A stretch of 32,000 nucleotides of DNA from Chlamydiales bacterium (GCA_965261025.1 OZ253438.1:1380001-1412000); one strand, 5' to 3'; shown: positions 1 to 8,180, counted from the first letter of the stretch. Numbers and translations: made by a program. Notes: generated by a model from the letters alone, not told the origin.

Positions 1-867
1 GCCATTTCTGTTTCTTGGGATCCCTTGGAAGCTCTTTTTTCCGCTTTGGTTTTGGGAGTGAAGGATTATTTCTATAAACAAGGGTTTTCTAAGGCTTTAA
101 TAGGTCTCTCTGGAGGGATTGATTCTGCTTTAGTAGCCTCAGTTGCTAAAGAGGCTTTAGGAAAAGAAAATGTGGAAGCTTTTTTTCTTCCTTCACGATT
201 TACTTCACTTCAGAGCATAGAAGAAGTAAAAAAATTAGCTAGAAAATTGTCTATCCAGTTAGAAGAACTTTCTATAGACTCCTTGTTTTCTCATTTCTTA
301 AGTGTATTAAGCCCTTATTTTTGCCATACCCCCTTTGATGTTACAGAGGAAAATTTGCAAGCTAGAATTAGAGGGATTCTTTTAATGGCTTTTTCCAATA
401 AGTGGGGGGCTCTTTTATTAAGCGCTTCGAATAAAAGTGAAATGGCTATGGGCTACTCTACCTTATACGGGGATATGTGTGGAGGGCTTGGCGTTATCCA
501 AGATCTTACTAAGACGAAGGTATATCAGCTGGCCAATTGGTTGGAGAAAAAAGGGATCATACCTCGTTCTTTAATAGAAAAAGCCCCTTCTGCCGAGCTT
601 CGAGAAAACCAAAAAGATGAGGATACTCTTCCCCCTTATGAGATATTAGATCCTATTATAGAAGATTATGTAGAGAACCTTCTTTCTGTAGAAGAAATAG
701 CACAAAAGCAGAATCAAGAACTTTCTTTAGTACAAGAAATAGCGCAAAAAATAGCCAGGGCAGAATATAAAAGAAGGCAAGCCCCTTTGGGAATTCGAGT
801 AAGTAAAAGAGCTTTTGGTAAAGGAAGAAGAGTCCCTGTAGTACAGAAATGGGAAGAGCAAGACTAA
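1..867 (+). CDS. nadE: NAD+ synthetase, C-terminal synthetase domain (5' end outside the window)
   Basis: Frame 1 is open from the window edge to the stop at 865-867. It has the PP-loop ATP-pyrophosphatase motif SGGIDS (LIGLSGGIDSALVA) and a NadE-like C-terminus (AEYKRRQAPLGIRVS). Any N-terminal glutaminase domain would lie upstream and is unseen. Confidence 0.85.
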   Translation, partial: AISVSWDPLEALFSALVLGVKDYFYKQGFSKALIGLSGGIDSALVASVAKEALGKENVEAFFLPSRFTSLQSIEEVKKLARKLSIQLEELSIDSLFSHFLSVLSPYFCHTPFDVTEENLQARIRGILLMAFSNKWGALLLSASNKSEMAMGYSTLYGDMCGGLGVIQDLTKTKVYQLANWLEKKGIIPRSLIEKAPSAELRENQKDEDTLPPYEILDPIIEDYVENLLSVEEIAQKQNQELSLVQEIAQKIARAEYKRRQAPLGIRVSKRAFGKGRRVPVVQKWEEQD

Positions 868-879
868 AGAGTTTTACAG

Positions 880-1773
880 CTAAAACAAGACCTCCTGGAT
901 AGAAGACAGTTCATTTCGGAGCATAAGAGCCCGGTCAAATCCCACAGAGACTCCTGAGCAAGGAGGAAGCTTTTTTAGAGAATCTAAAAAGGCCTCATCT
1001 ATAGGGTAAAGGGCTTTTTTCAGGGAGGCTCTTTTTTTGTTTTCTTGGAAAAAACGGGCTCTTTGCACAGAAGCATCTGTGAGCTCTTCGTACCCATTGG
1101 CAAGTTCTAGCCCGTTATAATACACTTCAAAGCGAAGAGCTACTTCTTTTTTATCTTTTTCCATTACCTTTGCTAAAGCAGCCTGAGAAGGGGGGAAATC
1201 CTCTAAAATTATAAAAACATCTCGGGGTAATTTTGGTTCGATACAATGAGTAAGAAGGAGTTGAAGATAAAAGTCTCTTCCTTCTCCTGAAAAAACGAGG
1301 CCTTTTTTCTCGCATAGATCTTGCAACTTTTGTAAAGGAGCCGTAAAAGGATCTATTCCTAAGTACGTGATAAACGCTTTTTCATAGGAGATCTTCTCTA
1401 AAGGTTTTTCCGGGAGAAAAAGAGAGAGATATTCATAGGTCTCTTCTTGCATCTGCTCCAAAGAAAATCTTTTTCTATACCACTCTACCATGGTGAATTC
1501 ACAGCTGTGGTTTCTTCCCTCTTCCTCTTCTCGAAATACATGTCCCAAAAAGTAAAGATCCGAAGAACCTTGAGAGAGAAGCTTTTTCAAATGATACTCA
1601 GGAGAGCTGTGTAGATACTTTCCAGTCTTTGTCTCTATTAGATCAATGCACGCCTCTAAAGAGGGGAGAGAAAGAAGAGAAGGGGAATCCACTTCCCAAA
1701 GCCCCCTTTCGTGAAAAAAGTCCCTGGAGCGTCTTAACATAAAAGAGCGGTCCTGTAGAAGGAAGAGCTTCAT
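880..1773 (-). CDS. epmA: EF-P lysine-34 lysyltransferase (PoxA/GenX-type truncated class II lysyl-tRNA synthetase paralogue)
   Basis: Class II aaRS core motifs are present without an anticodon-binding domain: FFHERGLWEVDSPSL, CEFTMVEWY, GVSVGFDRALML. At 297 aa it has PoxA size. Its start overlaps the efp stop as ATGA (1770-1773). Confidence 0.85.
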   Translation of the reverse strand: MKLFLLQDRSFMLRRSRDFFHERGLWEVDSPSLLSLPSLEACIDLIETKTGKYLHSSPEYHLKKLLSQGSSDLYFLGHVFREEEEGRNHSCEFTMVEWYRKRFSLEQMQEETYEYLSLFLPEKPLEKISYEKAFITYLGIDPFTAPLQKLQDLCEKKGLVFSGEGRDFYLQLLLTHCIEPKLPRDVFIILEDFPPSQAALAKVMEKDKKEVALRFEVYYNGLELANGYEELTDASVQRARFFQENKKRASLKKALYPIDEAFLDSLKKLPPCSGVSVGFDRALMLRNELSSIQEVLF

Positions 1774-2339
1774 ACCCTACACACATAGTCTCCTGTTCTC
1801 GTATCTACTTTAATGGTCTCTCCTTCTTGGATAAAGATGGGAACCTGGATCTTAGCTCCTGTTTCTAAAATAGCAGGCTTCAAAACCCTTCCCGAAGCAG
1901 TATCTCCTCTTATGCCTGGAGCTGTCTCTATGATTTTTAGCTCCATAAAGGTAGGAGGAATGAGATCTATGGCATTCCCCGCATAGAAGATGATCTCATA
2001 CAGTAGGTCTTCCTTTAGCCAGGGCTTGTTTTTCTCTATAATTTCGGAAGGAATAAATACCTGATCAAAAGTTTCCTCGTCCATAAAGACATAACTCTGC
2101 CCATCTAAGTACAGATAGCGCATATTTTTTTCTTCCACATCTGCCAGGGGAAGTTTTTCTCCTGATTTATAGGTCTTTTCTACTACGCGAGCCGTAATGA
2201 GATTTTTTACCCGGATACGATTAAAAGCCTGGCCTTTTCCGGGTTTTACAAATTCATTGCTTATGACTACAAAGGCAGATCCTTCTATTTCTAGCTTCAT
2301 GCCTGGCTTTATATCATTGGTAGAAAGCTGCTGTACCAT
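1770..2339 (-). CDS. efp: Translation elongation factor P
   Basis: The N-terminus is MVQQLSTNDIKPGMKLEIEG and the conserved loop VKPGKGQAF carries the modifiable Lys. I chose the ATG at 2339 because an AAGGAG Shine-Dalgarno lies 6 nt upstream and it gives about 190 aa. The 21 codons the track adds up to 2402 look spurious. Confidence 0.9.
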   Translation of the reverse strand: MVQQLSTNDIKPGMKLEIEGSAFVVISNEFVKPGKGQAFNRIRVKNLITARVVEKTYKSGEKLPLADVEEKNMRYLYLDGQSYVFMDEETFDQVFIPSEIIEKNKPWLKEDLLYEIIFYAGNAIDLIPPTFMELKIIETAPGIRGDTASGRVLKPAILETGAKIQVPIFIQEGETIKVDTRTGDYVCRV

Positions 2340-2624
2340 ACTTTGGCTCCTTGGAGAAAACTTTGAAGATATCACGAGAATGAAATTATTACCAATTCCC
2401 AAGGAAATAATTCTTATCGGGGCTTTTCCTTATCTAAAGGGTTTCTGGAAATAGTCCCTAAATGGGGGTGGGGTTTTTAGGGTATTTTTATTCAAAAAGC
2501 AAAATAATCGTTAATTAAACATTAATATTAATTTTATTATTGAATTAAAAATCAAATTATTTTTAAACTAAGCCTAGGGGCGAGGAATAAACCCATAAAA
2601 AATCTATGAATAGGGGAGGAAGGT

Positions 2625-3587
2625 ATGTCTGAAATAGAGAGGAATGCTCCTCAAGGAGAAATTCCTGAGGAAAAAAAGGAGGCTCAAGGAGCTACTTTAG
2701 AAAATACACAAGCTGTTTCTCAAGAGGCAGCGGAACTAGAAATTTCCATGGATGAGGTTAGCTATCCCATAGGAGAGGTGCCTCAGAGTCATCTTTTAGA
2801 TCCTGAAGTGCATTTGAGCTTAAACTCAGAAAAGTTGAACCAAAATGCCCAAATGATGGAAGGGCTTGTGCAAGAAGCAGAATCTATTATCCAAGAAGAG
2901 GTGACTCAGATACAAAAGCTACAGAAGAGTATTGATCAGTGGGAGTCTAAAATCGAAAAAAACAAGGCTCTTGTAGAAAAGAATAACCTACAAGCAAAAC
3001 AAAATAACAAAGAAATTGCCTATGATAAAAAAAATAGAGATTATTGGGCTTGTAGAGCAGAACAAGTAGTATTGGATTTTAGTAATGCCTCTGTTTCTGG
3101 AAGGGAAGACTCTTGGAACTGGCTTATCAAAAAATATGGACTAAAAAACCCAGATGGAACTCCTATCGATGCGAGAAACCACTGTGTGGATGAGCTTTGT
3201 AACGGAGAAGCAAGTAATCTCTCTGGAGAATATAGAAGTGCAGCAAACAAATATGAGCTTTCTAAAAAAGACAAGGAAGAACAAAACCTTCGCCTTGCTA
3301 AAGAAAATGCAAAACATAAAAACGGACTAGAAACTCTACAGAAATATATCCAGTCTGCTTATACCTATCAAATAGAGCCTCTACAAGATGGGGTGCTTCT
3401 TTTGAAAGAGCTTAGCGCTAAGTTAAAAAGTTTTGCTTCTCAGGAAGAAGCTACTTTTGGAGACTTAAGAGAGTGGGCTGAGCAGTTTTTGGATGAGTAT
3501 TTACAAGAAAATCCAAGAACGCACCAGTCTGTAATTAATGATTTTAGAAGGTTAGCCTCCATCCCTTTACCTCCGGAGTTTACCTAA
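2625..3587 (+). CDS. Hypothetical acidic coiled-coil protein (orphan; candidate secreted protein)
   Basis: A 320-aa ORF with a strong RBS (GGGGAGGAAGG) directly upstream of the ATG. It is preceded by a very AT-rich promoter-like region and followed by hairpin/T-run terminators. It is rich in E/K/Q heptad-like stretches. I recognise no catalytic motif. Confidence 0.6.
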   Translation: MSEIERNAPQGEIPEEKKEAQGATLENTQAVSQEAAELEISMDEVSYPIGEVPQSHLLDPEVHLSLNSEKLNQNAQMMEGLVQEAESIIQEEVTQIQKLQKSIDQWESKIEKNKALVEKNNLQAKQNNKEIAYDKKNRDYWACRAEQVVLDFSNASVSGREDSWNWLIKKYGLKNPDGTPIDARNHCVDELCNGEASNLSGEYRSAANKYELSKKDKEEQNLRLAKENAKHKNGLETLQKYIQSAYTYQIEPLQDGVLLLKELSAKLKSFASQEEATFGDLREWAEQFLDEYLQENPRTHQSVINDFRRLASIPLPPEFT

Positions 3588-3659
3588 GCTGGGTTAAGAG
3601 GCAGGCGCATCTATGCCCAGCCTCTTTTTTCTGGGTTACAGTTCCAAGCTGCCTATTAG

Positions 3660-3685
3660 GCCCCCTTGTAAAAGGGGGCTTTTTT
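3660..3685 (+). terminator. Rho-independent terminator candidate downstream of 2625-3587
   Basis: GCCCCCTT (3660-3667), loop GTAA, AAGGGGGC (3672-3679), then TTTTTT (3680-3685). A weaker hairpin plus T-run lies at 3596-3630. Confidence 0.6.
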
Positions 3686-4076
3686 ACTGGGGGTTTTTTC
3701 GCAGCTGTTTTTCTGCCTGTTCTAGCTTTCTATGACTTTTTGCAAGAAGCTGCTTTTGCATAGTAAGATTTTTCTCAAGGGTTCCTATTTTTTTTTTATA
3801 CGTTTGTAACAGCGTTTCTTTCGAAAAAGGAAGAAGAGCCGAATCAGAAAGTTTATCCGTATAAACCCTTTCTTCTAGTCTTATTTTCCCTAGCTCTACT
3901 TCTAGGGAGAGAACTTTCCACTTTTCCAAAGCAATTTCACTCTGTAGCTTTCCTACCTCTTCCTTCCAGTAGGTCTTTGAAGAGAGCTTTCTTTGGATTC
4001 CAGGAGAGCTGTAAATGAAAAAAAGTGATAAGAATACGACAGTGCACTCTGTCCATAGAGCAAGACGACCTTTCAT
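3684..4076 (-). CDS. Hypothetical single-pass membrane protein with a coiled-coil ectodomain (FtsB/FtsL-like topology only)
   Basis: The ORF is open to a TTG at 4097. The ATG at 4076 has an AGGAAG RBS 6 nt upstream, so I prefer it. It has an N-terminal hydrophobic helix (LALWTECTVVFLSLFFIYS) followed by heptad-rich sequence. No specific family is recognisable. Confidence 0.5.
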   Translation of the reverse strand: MKGRLALWTECTVVFLSLFFIYSSPGIQRKLSSKTYWKEEVGKLQSEIALEKWKVLSLEVELGKIRLEERVYTDKLSDSALLPFSKETLLQTYKKKIGTLEKNLTMQKQLLAKSHRKLEQAEKQLRKNPQ

Positions 4077-4171
4077 TACATACTTCCTTCTATTCAAAAA
4101 AGAGTTGTCCTATGATGGTAACAGAAAGAACTTCTTATTTGCAAATGCCTTAAAAATAGAAGGATATAAAA

Positions 4172-4864
4172 ATGAATTGGATTGGAAATTTTGATCTTTT
4201 TTTATTGGATTTTGATGGTCTATTAGTAGACACTGAACCGATTCATTATCAAGCCTATATAAACCTTTGCGCTAAAAGAGGTTTCACTCTTCCCTGGACT
4301 TTTTCACAGTTTTGCGAGATAGCCCATACGAGTGCAGAAGGGTTAAAAAGAGAGATCTATGCTCTTTTCCCGGCCTTATATGAAAAAGAGCCTAACTGGA
4401 GCGTTTTATATGAGGAGAAAAAAAGGGAATATGAGGATATAATTTTGAAAAAAGAGCTTTCTTTACTTCCTGGGGTTTTCTCTCTTATTGAGTCTTTAAA
4501 AAAAGAAAAAAAAGAATGTTGCGTGGTTACTAACTCTGTAAGGGCTCATGTAGAGAAAATCAAAACAAAAATTCCTCTTCTACAGCAGATTCCTCATTGG
4601 ATTACTAGGGAGAGCTATGAAAATCCGAAACCTCATCCTGAGTGTTATCAAAAAGCAATTAAGCTCTATGCTAAAGGAAAAAATATCATTGGATTTGAAG
4701 ATAGCATAAGGGGGTTAAAAGCGCTTTTACAGGTGCCTTGCATAGCTGTATTAATTTGTCCTTTGAAAGGCAGGTTCGTTACAGAAACAAAAGGGGATTT
4801 TTATCATTTTGCCTATCTACATCAGATTCCTTCTGATATGAAGTTTGGGGTGTCTCATAGTTGA
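4172..4864 (+). CDS. HAD-superfamily hydrolase (beta-phosphoglucomutase/phosphatase-like subfamily)
   Basis: HAD motif I is LLDFDGLLVDTE (DxDx[T/V]), motif II is VVTNS, and motif III/IV region is GFEDSIRG. The size is 230 aa. Confidence 0.8.
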   Translation: MNWIGNFDLFLLDFDGLLVDTEPIHYQAYINLCAKRGFTLPWTFSQFCEIAHTSAEGLKREIYALFPALYEKEPNWSVLYEEKKREYEDIILKKELSLLPGVFSLIESLKKEKKECCVVTNSVRAHVEKIKTKIPLLQQIPHWITRESYENPKPHPECYQKAIKLYAKGKNIIGFEDSIRGLKALLQVPCIAVLICPLKGRFVTETKGDFYHFAYLHQIPSDMKFGVSHS

Positions 4865-5621
4865 CCTTCACTAAAAAAAGAGCCTTTGCGGCAGCTGTGG
4901 CAGGGGCTTTTTTTCGATCCTTCAGGGATAATAGCTCCGGGATCTTTTCAGGAGGATATTTTCCTTTACCTACTAAAAGAAGGGTTCCCATAATATTGCG
5001 GATCATTTTGTATAAGAATCCATCTCCTTCAAAGAGTAGGTAAATCCCTTTTTCATAAGAACAGATCTGAATTTTATAAATAGTTCGAATCGGATTTTTT
5101 TTAGCAGCTCCTTTTTGAGCCTGGTTAGTAAAAGAGCTAAAGTCTTGTTTTCCCACGAAAAAAGAACACCCTTTTTCTAGGAGGGAAAGATCAAAATGAT
5201 GGTATATAGGAATAGAATAAGCATGAGAAAAAGGAGAGGCAAAAGGAGCCATTTCTAAATAATAATGATAGGTTTTTTTTTTAGCGCCATATCTAGCATG
5301 AAAAGAGGGGGGGACTTGTTCTAGGGAAAGAACCTTAATTTCTTTAGGAAGGAGACAGTTTATAGAATAAAAAAGGGTTTTTATAGGAAGCAAAGAAGTT
5401 GTATCAAAATGAGCTACTTGGCAAAAAGCATGAACCCCTGCATCCGTTCTAGAAGCTCCTATGATAAAGATTTCTTCTCGAAGAATTTTACTAAAAGACT
5501 CTTCTAAAGTCCCTTGGATGGTTTTGAGTTTGCCCTGCTTTTGCCAACCACTATAGGAAGTGCCATCATAGGCAAGAAAAACCCTATACCTTTTCTTCAG
5601 GGGAAAAGCTTTTTTTTCCAT
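4779..5621 (-). CDS. truA: tRNA pseudouridine(38-40) synthase
   Basis: The catalytic motif is GASRTDAGVHA, and the family-typical FLYKMIRNIMGTLL and LFLVKVNY follow. The 3' end overlaps the convergent HAD gene by 86 nt. Confidence 0.9.
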   Translation of the reverse strand: MEKKAFPLKKRYRVFLAYDGTSYSGWQKQGKLKTIQGTLEESFSKILREEIFIIGASRTDAGVHAFCQVAHFDTTSLLPIKTLFYSINCLLPKEIKVLSLEQVPPSFHARYGAKKKTYHYYLEMAPFASPFSHAYSIPIYHHFDLSLLEKGCSFFVGKQDFSSFTNQAQKGAAKKNPIRTIYKIQICSYEKGIYLLFEGDGFLYKMIRNIMGTLLLVGKGKYPPEKIPELLSLKDRKKAPATAAAKALFLVKVNYETPQTSYQKESDVDRQNDKNPLLFL

Positions 5622-5640
5622 GGGACAAAAGTATAAAAAA

Positions 5641-5686
5641 AAAGGAAAAAAAAATCCCCCTTTATTCTTTTTTTGAAAAAGGGGGA
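5641..5686 (-). terminator. Rho-independent terminator downstream of the SWIB gene
   Basis: CCCCCTTT (5656-5663) pairs with AAAGGGGG (5678-5685). On the minus strand the hairpin is followed by a long T-run, which is the complement of the A-run at 5641-5654. Confidence 0.65.
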
Positions 5687-5693
5687 GGAAAGA

Positions 5694-5951
5694 CTAGCTT
5701 AAATGTTTATTTACCAGTTTGGTCATTTCAAACATATTGACAGGCTTTTTGCCAAGGACTCCAGACAGAGTTCCATCAGGGATGATATTCCTTTTATTTT
5801 TCGGATCTTGCAATTTATTTTTTTTGATATACTCCCAAAGCTTCTTGGTTACTGTGGTTCTCGGCATAGGACCTTTGCCTACCACTGAAGCTAAAGCCTC
5901 AGACAAATTCATAGGGCGCATAAACTTACTATTCTTTTGTTTGGTTGTCAT
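5694..5951 (-). CDS. Stand-alone SWIB/MDM2 (BAF60b) domain protein
   Basis: 85 aa. LSEALASVVGKGPMPRTTVTKKLWEYIKKNKLQDPKNKRNIIPDGTLSGVLG matches the SWIB consensus (L..l.G....R.ev.k.lW.YIK...LQdp.nkr.I..D..L). Small SWIB proteins are a hallmark of Chlamydiae. Confidence 0.9.
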   Translation of the reverse strand: MTTKQKNSKFMRPMNLSEALASVVGKGPMPRTTVTKKLWEYIKKNKLQDPKNKRNIIPDGTLSGVLGKKPVNMFEMTKLVNKHLS

Positions 5952-6137
5952 CTCCTTCTCCTTTCCAAAATAAGGGTGAAATTAGGTTTGCTTTTACATA
6001 AGGAACTTTTTATCCCCTAGAGGGTTTTCTAGTCAAAAAAAAAGCGCTGCTTTTTAGTTTTTTCATCATTTTCTTGCTACAAAGCGTCTTTTCATGGCAC
6101 CCTTTCGATCAGTTTCAAAGTAAAAATTTGGACAAAA

Positions 6138-8177
6138 ATGACCGTGTTTCCTCTGCAGTTAGAAAAAAAAGAAGAGAAGATTTCTCGTCTTATTCAAAAG
6201 CTTAGCAAGTTGGAAAAAACAGAAGAAAAAATCCTTTTTTTACAAAGAGAGGAGGAGGTAGTTCTTTTTTTTCAGGAGGGTTTCGTATATGAAGAGGAGT
6301 TTGTTTCCTTTTCTAAAAGTCATAGATATCTTTTTTTGCTGTTAGTTCTTTTGGAGCAAAAGACCTTATTAGGAGCCAGACCCTGGTTTGACCCTTCCTT
6401 TTTTTCCGCCTTGGAAGAGATAGAAGATTTTTACTCTCCAATAGGAGGGATTTTGGGATATCAAAAAATGGTTTTAGAGCTGTTACAAAAGGAAAAAAAA
6501 GAAAAATTTTCCTCTTGTGAGTTTTTTCCTCCTCCCTATTTTGATATTTCCTTTTTGAATGAAACAGTGAGCCAATATGTTACATGGGGTATAGAATCTC
6601 TCCCTTTTATGGCAGAAATTTACCCTCTAGGAGGGGCAGCAGATAGACTGCATCTACAAGATGAAAAAACCAAAGAAGAGCTTCCCGCAGCAAAACTTTT
6701 TTTTTCTGGGAAAACTCTTTTGGAGCACCTCATTTTAGATTTGAAGGCAAGAGAGTTTTTATATTTTCAAAAGTATAAAAAACAAATCATAACTCCCCTT
6801 GTCTTGATGACTTCTGAAGAGAAGAAAAATACAGAGCACATCGAGGCTATTTTAGAAGAAAATAACTGGTTTGGCAGACCGAAAGAGAGCCTTTTTTGGT
6901 TGAAACAACCCTTGGTTCCTGCCGTAGATGAGAAAGGAACCTGGATGCAGAAAGAATCAGGTGCTCTTTTGTTAAAGCCCTCGGGACACGGAGCTTTGTG
7001 GAAACTCATGTGGCAAAAAGGGGTTTTTACCTGGTTAAAAAAGCAAAATAAGAAAAAGGCAATCATTCGCCAAATTAATAATCCTATAGCAGGATTAGAC
7101 TATGGAATCTTAGCCTTTTTAGGCTTAGGATATCATTTTGATATGCATTTTGGTTTTGCAAGTTGTCTTAAAGAAAAAAAGGTAGCGGAAGGACTTGATA
7201 TTTTAGTAGAGAGAAAAAAAACAGCAGGGGCCTTTGAGTATTTTATTACCAATATTGAGTATTGCCAGTGGCAACGGTTTTCTCTGCAACAGGAAAATGC
7301 ATTTTTAGCCAATACCAATCTTTTGTTTGCTGACTTACAACAAGTCGAGGAGGCAACAAGACGAAACCCTTTTCCAGGGCTTTTATTGAACTTGAAAGAA
7401 CATACAACCCTAGAGGGGAGAAAAAAAGTAGGAAGACTTGAAACTACAATGCAGAATATTTCCGATGAAATTATAGAAAGAGTAGATGGTAGGAGATCCC
7501 CTCCCAAGATGAACAAAACCTACGTTACCTACAACAAAAGAAACAAAACCATTTCTACGACAAAAAAGGTTTATGAGAAGGGAAATTTTTCAGAAACCCC
7601 TGAAAAATGTTTTTACGATTTTTACCAAAACCACCACGAACTTTTGCAGAACTTTTGCCAAATGCAGCTGCCTCCTTTAAGGGATTTTGAAGAAGTACTG
7701 CAAAAGGGACCTGCTTTTTTTTTAGAATATGGTCCCCATTTAGGTCCCCTATATACAACGATTGCTGAAAAAATCATAAGAGGAAAAATGGAGATTTCTT
7801 CTTATTTTTCCTGTAATTTGGCAGATCTTCTTTTTAAAGAAGTAGAGTTAAAAGGAGCTTGCCTTCTCCGTGCTGATGAGCCTTTAGGAAAGGTAGAAGA
7901 AGGTGTTCTTCACTACCGAAAGCGGAGAAGTAAGTGTGTATTTAACCAAGTGTGTATTGAGAACGAAGGGGTGGATCTTTCTCAGAGCAAGCCCTTTTGG
8001 AAAGGATCCCCCTTTTGTAAAAGCTCCTTGACAGTACGTCTAAAACCGGGAGCCCTTTTTGTAGCAGAAAAAGTAACCTTGAAAGGAACTTATGACTTTT
8101 CAGTGGGAGAGGAAGAGGCTTGTTTTGTCTTCGAAAAGCAAGGGAAAGTTCTTGTAGAGAAACGAAAGCGGGACTAG
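6138..8177 (+). CDS. UDPGP-family nucleotidyltransferase (UTP-sugar-1-phosphate uridylyltransferase-like), divergent, with long N- and C-terminal extensions
   Basis: The ordered UDPGP-family motifs are IYPLGGAADRL (cf. L.GG.G.RLG), PLVLMTSEEKKNT (cf. MTS..T), FWLKQPLVP (cf. F.Q...P), KPSGHGALW (cf. P.GHG..y) and IRQINNPIAG (cf. v.NiLv). Confidence 0.65.
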   Translation: MTVFPLQLEKKEEKISRLIQKLSKLEKTEEKILFLQREEEVVLFFQEGFVYEEEFVSFSKSHRYLFLLLVLLEQKTLLGARPWFDPSFFSALEEIEDFYSPIGGILGYQKMVLELLQKEKKEKFSSCEFFPPPYFDISFLNETVSQYVTWGIESLPFMAEIYPLGGAADRLHLQDEKTKEELPAAKLFFSGKTLLEHLILDLKAREFLYFQKYKKQIITPLVLMTSEEKKNTEHIEAILEENNWFGRPKESLFWLKQPLVPAVDEKGTWMQKESGALLLKPSGHGALWKLMWQKGVFTWLKKQNKKKAIIRQINNPIAGLDYGILAFLGLGYHFDMHFGFASCLKEKKVAEGLDILVERKKTAGAFEYFITNIEYCQWQRFSLQQENAFLANTNLLFADLQQVEEATRRNPFPGLLLNLKEHTTLEGRKKVGRLETTMQNISDEIIERVDGRRSPPKMNKTYVTYNKRNKTISTTKKVYEKGNFSETPEKCFYDFYQNHHELLQNFCQMQLPPLRDFEEVLQKGPAFFLEYGPHLGPLYTTIAEKIIRGKMEISSYFSCNLADLLFKEVELKGACLLRADEPLGKVEEGVLHYRKRRSKCVFNQVCIENEGVDLSQSKPFWKGSPFCKSSLTVRLKPGALFVAEKVTLKGTYDFSVGEEEACFVFEKQGKVLVEKRKRD

Positions 8178-8180
8178 AAA

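Noticed and set aside
2197-2454. An 85-aa plus-strand ORF, and the 21-codon N-terminal extension of efp (MGIGNNF..., up to 2402).
   Set aside because: The plus-strand ORF is antisense to efp and has low-complexity content with no motif. The efp extension lacks an RBS. The ATG at 2339 has AAGGAG upstream and gives the canonical EF-P N-terminus.
3788-3797. Homopolymeric A/T tracts of about 10 nt inside coding regions, considered as possible phase-variation switches. Examples are T10 at 3788-3797 and T10 at 5273-5282 in truA.
   Set aside because: Such tracts occur in essential housekeeping genes (truA, RF2, uvrD). They mostly encode Lys/Phe runs, which fits the general AT/Lys bias of the genome. 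There is no enrichment in surface or accessory genes.
5703-5973. Two plus-strand ORFs (61 and 84 aa) across the SWIB locus, and 4861..5043 + inside truA.
   Set aside because: These are shadow ORFs antisense to genes with clear family motifs. Such frames are common in AT-rich DNA with codon-biased opposite strands.
6767-7758. Minus-strand ORFs 6767..7066, 7133..7516 and 7555..7758, and also 8100..8318.
   Set aside because: All are antisense to, or overlap the 3' end of, the 679-aa UDPGP-like gene. They have K/F/S-rich low-complexity translations, no RBS and no motifs.
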